Shown: positions 59,231-64,000 of the stretch, piece by piece | Layout of the letters: each line of letters starts with the position of its first letter | Position numbering within the stretch: position 1 is the first letter of the stretch | NCBI GenBank assembly: GCA_973895155.1 | Contig: OZ316899.1 | Location: forward strand, 9,918,287 to 9,982,286 | Reading direction: 5' to 3' | DNA from: Marsupella aquatica | Lineage: Eukaryota > Plantae > Marchantiophyta | DNA length: 64,000 bases | Notes under the pieces: model-generated | Databases searched by the model: none | What the model was told of the DNA's origin: nothing | Seen by the model: the letters and a program-made list of their open reading frames with translations, nothing else | Translations under genes and position numbers: made by a program

Positions 59231-60099
59231 CTGAATGCAAGTGTAGATAGAATCATGTGACATGTGTTACATTTTCACAGTGCCTTGGAAAGATCCAAGA
59301 AATATCTGTACCAATTTTTCCATTTGGTAAAGAGGATGAAGGAGCCGTTGTGTGTGACATTGATATTTCTGAATTCTGTATATATGAAACAAGTGATTGA
59401 TGTCAAACTATGGCTCTATGGTGATTGTCTATGATACTTGAATCTGTTTTGTATCATTTAAGTATTAGTGTGTATGGTATAGACGAATGCTTTGTGACCT
59501 TCTTTGTAGTCTATGATGTTTGAATCTGTGAATTCATATTAGTGTACATGGTATAGAAGATGGCTTTCTGAAAATTTGTGTGAGGTTCTAATGTTAACAT
59601 GGTGAATGGTGACCTTATAGAGTGAGTTCATTCCAAGTACACAATAAAACATGAATGGAATGTGTTATTTGTGCACAAGAGTGAGTTCATTCCAAGTAGT
59701 ATAGTGGGGTCTTCATCACTCATTTCCAGTTGACATGAAAGACTTGTACATACCCCACAAAGTGTCTACTTTAGTCGTTTTATAAACCCACAAAGTATAC
59801 TTAAAGACTACCCTCCATAACCTTTTGAGTCGTTCCCAACGACTCACCATTGCAGTCCATAAAAGACTGAAAAAGACTCACCAAACCTACCCACACAAAG
59901 ACTACAATAGACTGAAAATCCAGTCTATAAAACGACTTATAAACCAGTTCTATAAAGGACTCAGTTGATTATAGTAACAAAACATATGACTCATAGTCCT
60001 ATAAAGGACTGGAGTCCTTCCCAGTCGTTTCCAAGTCCTATACGGTACTGAATAGTTGTTTTATGGGGTCTAAATACCCCCCGGTTTCTACTAGTGGAA

Positions 60100-61555
60100 G
60101 TAGAGGCAGGACAAGGGGCTAGTGACGCCTATGCTGCTGAGCAATGGGTAGAGCCTGATTGGTTGGCTGGTGGGGAAGATGTAGAGGTAGTTGAGCCTAC
60201 CTCTTATCCACAGAGTCTCGGCAAAGCATGTGGTAAGTTGTACACTTATGAAACAATAAACAATATGTGGCTGCGAGATGGGCATTATGTGACGATGGTC
60301 AGGTTGCAAGTTAGATTGCAATTGGTATCCACTATTTCACATATAGAAAGGTATTGATGTTAATTACTACTATATGATGTCACATGGATGTGGGATGATG
60401 CAAGGGGCATTAGACGTCCACTAAAGGGTAGTACAACAGTTCAAGCAAATCCTAAACCTGTCACACCAAGTAGTACCACAGAAAGCAATGTAGGACCTGA
60501 CAAAACCAAGAAAGGAGTAGTGGAGATTGGGAGCAACCGTTGGGTGAACAGTGCATCTGCAGGGAAGAACCGTTGGTTGGCTGACTTGAAAGGTGAAATA
60601 TTGCGATGGCTCGATTTGAGTGTGGTGAATTTTGTGCAGCAGCATCCAGCAGATTGGCAACAAGTTGTTGACAATGTAGCAGCAAAATGGAAATATGAGG
60701 GCCATCCGGATGGAGTAGCCATGGAGTGTCTTCAAGCTCATGCAAAAACAATTCTGAAGAACGAGAGGTGGAGATTGCACGTGTTGTTTCAAGAAGGTGG
60801 AGAGGACCAGAGAATGCCTGCTCCCCCATTGACAGATCCTCTTCAATGGAGCAAGCTAGTCCATCACTTTTTGAGTGAATCCGGCAAGAATAAGAGTTCA
60901 CAAATGATGTATGCACGTGGCAACATTCAGAACCTTAACTTGACAGGAAGGAAAGGGAATGCTCCAATAGTAGAGCAACTGGTAAGAATAATCGTTGGAT
61001 GGTAAGACCTGGTTTCTGCAGTGTATTTGAGTTTTTCTTGGACATTGCAAATGATGTCTGAAAATATCATGTATGCAGAAGAAACAAAATGGACAGTCCC
61101 CTAAAAAAGAAGAGGTGAGAGCTAAAGCAAGAAAACAGAAGCAAAACCGTGGCAAGAGTGATCTTACAAACCAAGTGAGTATTCATACCACCTAGTGTCC
61201 TTGGAGGTCCACATTCCGTAGTTAGCATAGACACTGGGACCATGATATATTATTTTCCAGATAAAATGGATTGATCTATTGTATGTGTTTGCAAGGAGGT
61301 GGATCATGTTCTCTCAGCAATTTGTCAGATCGTCTGAAATGTACGGAGTCTCATGAGAATGATGTGACCATGAAATTGAGTGAAATGGCAAGTGACTTCA
61401 CTGCTTTAAAGGAAGACGTTCATAAGCTTATTCGTGTGCAAGAAGACCAATACAAATGTATAATGAATGCAATATGGAATGGAGGTTCTACAGACCTGCC
61501 ACATTACTCCAGTTTGATGAATCCAGAGGGTAACATTGAACAGCAAATGGAGGTA
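60100..61555 (+). pseudogene. 3' exons of TnpA/Ptta-like gene of element B
   Basis: GKNRWLADLKGEILRWLDLS..LKNERWRL..QWSKL..KSSQMMYARG, homologous to 56990-57415 with the same downstream intron pattern. Confidence 0.85.
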
Positions 61556-61569
61556 TCAGCCTATTCATT

Positions 61570-61905
61570 AAAAGTGTATTATTATTTGATTTATGTACAT
61601 TTGGGCAATGAAAAGTGTACTTTTGGGCGAGGAAAAGTGTACATTTGGGGATAGAAAAGTGTACAATTGGCCTAAAGAGTGTACATTTGGGCAATAAAAA
61701 GTGTATATTTGAACATCAAAATAGGTATATTTGGCTTTAAAAGTGTACATTTGAGTACATTTGGCCTAGAAAGTGTACGTACATTTGAGTGAAAGAAACA
61801 TACATTTGGCTTAAAAAGTGTACATTTAAGTGCAGTTGGTCTAGAAAGTGTAACTTTGAGTGCAACAAAGTGTACATTTAATTTGGCCTAAAAAGTGTAC
61901 ATTTT
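61570..61905. repeat. Degenerate tandem array of ~11/22-bp AAAAGTGTACATTTGG units
   Basis: More than ten copies of the core A(A)GTGTACATTT. Confidence 0.9.
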
Positions 61906-62193
61906 CCTACCAACTCTTATTATAATCATTTAAAAGAAAGGAATGAATAGAAAAATATTTTTAATTATGCAAAAAAGCAAACATTCATATTCATAACGAT
62001 CAAAAGTTTAGAAAATGAGGAGATAGTATAACTAACACTAAATGACATGGTCTCACATTAAAACTATTAGAATAGTAAATAACTAGTACATAAGTTACTA
62101 TGTTTGAATGAGTGTCGACTATTTACATAAAAACTAGGTAAGTAACTATCTAAATTAATTTAATTATTATAGCTTTGCAAGTAACAACTAAGT

Positions 62194-64000
62194 CTACTTG
62201 TCCATCCTTTGGAGATAACTTTGGACAGTTTGTAGAACATTTCGAGGAATCTTCAAACCTCTGCCTGCCATGTTTTCTTCTTTCATGCCAGATTTAAAAC
62301 CATACATTGCAGAATTTGCATACTGCCAATGTTGAGCGTTCTCACCAAACCTTGGATCTCGTTCCCATGTCTTAGTGGACATGAAGCAGTTTAGATACCG
62401 TGCACTCTCAGTCACATCAAGTTTAGAGTGTTTAGGCCTCCACCATTCGACTGGAAATGTTGGAGCATATTGTTGAGGCAGAGGAGGTTTGTTGGAGATG
62501 TAGTTGGGACTTCATGCTTAGGGTCCACCAAAACCCAAAGCTCTCACCAACCAAAAATGACCTCCATCATTTTTATTCTCCCAGTCATCCTCAGGTCGAA
62601 GAAATACAAAGTTCCATTCACGAATATCCTGTAGGGGAATCCATCGTCCTTGTTCTCTCTCAGCTCGAGATCCAACAAATGGTGCTGCTTGATCTTCCAT
62701 CTCTTCCAAGACCTCATTTTGAAGAGCCATCATCTCCACATTCTCCTCATCTTCACTTGGAGGACCACTTTGTTCTGGTTGGTTGACCTTGTAACCAGTG
62801 TCGTGGTTAGTCTTAGGCCAAAATCCATTTTTCAAGGGAAATTGAGTACTTCCCTCCCCTTCTAGTGAGAGCCCATTTGTCAACAACTCCACAATTCTCT
62901 CCCAATATTTCACAAGAGGAAATCTTTCCTTATATGCTATAGATGTCTCATCAGTGCAACTCCTTCTAAAAAAATCAAGGTACTTGTTAAGAAATGGGAT
63001 AATCTCTTCAGATTTTTTGTGTATCTCTCCAATGGATTTAGCCTAAGGGCTCTCCACTAGTAAAAGAAGAGAATTTGTTGTCAAATCTGTTGCTCAAATG
63101 CACCTTCCTCCAACTGGAGCCCAAGCTTGCTTTACATGAGACTCATACTGAAATATTGGTACATTATCTCTCATAGAGAAAAGAAATGATACGGGATTTG
63201 AGTGACCTTGAATATCTTTAACTTTGAAAGTTTGAAGATATTCTTTGTAAGATGCAACTTCTTGTATCAATCTGGGAACTGGATGAATGCTCTCACATTC
63301 CCAAACCTCTGCCATAAGAGCAAGGAGAGTTGCAACTTCCTTGTGCTGAACTTGATATGATATCTTCGAAAAGAGTGCCTCAACATCTTTGTGTGTATGA
63401 CTAACCATTAGAAAAGACATTTGAACAGTTTCAAATACTCCTCTACTCACAAGCTCACTACAAAATGCCATGACAGTCTGGTTTTTGTTATCCTTTGCTG
63501 AGTTATCCATTTGCAGTGTTAGGTGCCTTGGCAAGGGCTTGAAAGATGGACTGCCTTGTTCCCCATACATGTCCCCTCCTTGATCCTCACCATGTTGGGT
63601 GGAGACCGTCTCCATCTGACTCTCGGCTGCATCTTCAGAACCAATATACCTATTCATTGGAATACTCTTTGGTTCCAAATATCCCTTAAAAAATGCATCA
63701 AAGTCAAGAAGGGCTTGAAAGAAAGGTCTATGAGGTTCCAAATAAAGGCCATCCAACATGTCACCTGTCTTGTCTCCATTGTACTCTTCAAGGTCTCGAA
63801 GACACTTAGCCAAGGATGTCACTGTGAAATCAGCATCTCCTGGGCAAAGGCCAGTGACACTAAAGTGTGCATAGACTCCTGGATCCCTTCTGTGGGTCAA
63901 CATCCCTATGAGAGCAATAGGTAGTGGCATCCCATGACCCGAAAGCGATTTAGGAGTACTGACCATTTTTGGAATCCACGTCTTTGCTTGATCCATCTTG
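62194..64000 (-). pseudogene. DDE-type transposase (DUF7869/Sola-like), runs off the window edge
   Basis: LQMDNSAKDNKN..MAFCSELV..FLMVSHTHKDVEALFS motif. Downstream fragments are broken by stops. Confidence 0.7.

Larger units (their letters stand above)
42686..60096 (+). mobile_element. Complete 17,411-bp CACTA element C
   Basis: TIRs CACTAGTAGAAACCGGGG..ATTTAGACC at both ends (18 bp perfect) and 3-bp TSD GAA (42683-42685 and 60097-60099). Confidence 0.97.
20682..61570 (+). mobile_element. Giant CACTA element B (outer copy); right end not seen in window
   Basis: Left TIR CACTAGTAGAAACCGGGG at 20682, followed by cargo cassette, Tnp2 and TnpA-like gene collinear with element C. Interrupted by several insertions. 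End coordinate is only where recognisable sequence stops. Confidence 0.8.

Noticed and set aside
61570-61905. CRISPR-like array
   Set aside because: Units are short and degenerate with no unique spacers, there are no cas genes, and the context is eukaryotic.

Overview
This is eukaryotic, most likely non-seed land-plant (bryophyte-like) heterochromatin. It has no intact host gene and consists entirely of nested transposons. From left to right: (1) the 3' end of a chromodomain Ty3/gypsy element inserted into (2) a Ty3/gypsy element whose pol carries a DNMT3-like C5 cytosine methyltransferase upstream of RT and a PHD finger after integrase; (3) an antiparallel gypsy gag fragment joined to it through a head-to-head telomere-repeat palindrome; (4) the right arm of a CACTA element inserted into a Bianca-type copia, which sits in an intron of an older minus-strand CACTA transposase; (5) two related giant CACTA elements sharing the TIR CACTAGTAGAAACCGGGG, one complete (42686-60096, TSD GAA) and nested inside the other (starts 20682); (6) a minus-strand DDE transposase at the right edge. 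The main finding is that both giant CACTAs carry the same ordered, co-oriented four-gene cargo cassette directly upstream of the transposase: a PHD-like Cys/His protein, a stand-alone EDM2-type PHD module, a tandem Pol-lambda-like BRCT protein and an F-box protein. It is a candidate transposon-encoded anti-silencing or host-manipulation system. All family assignments come from motif recognition by eye; no database searches were run.
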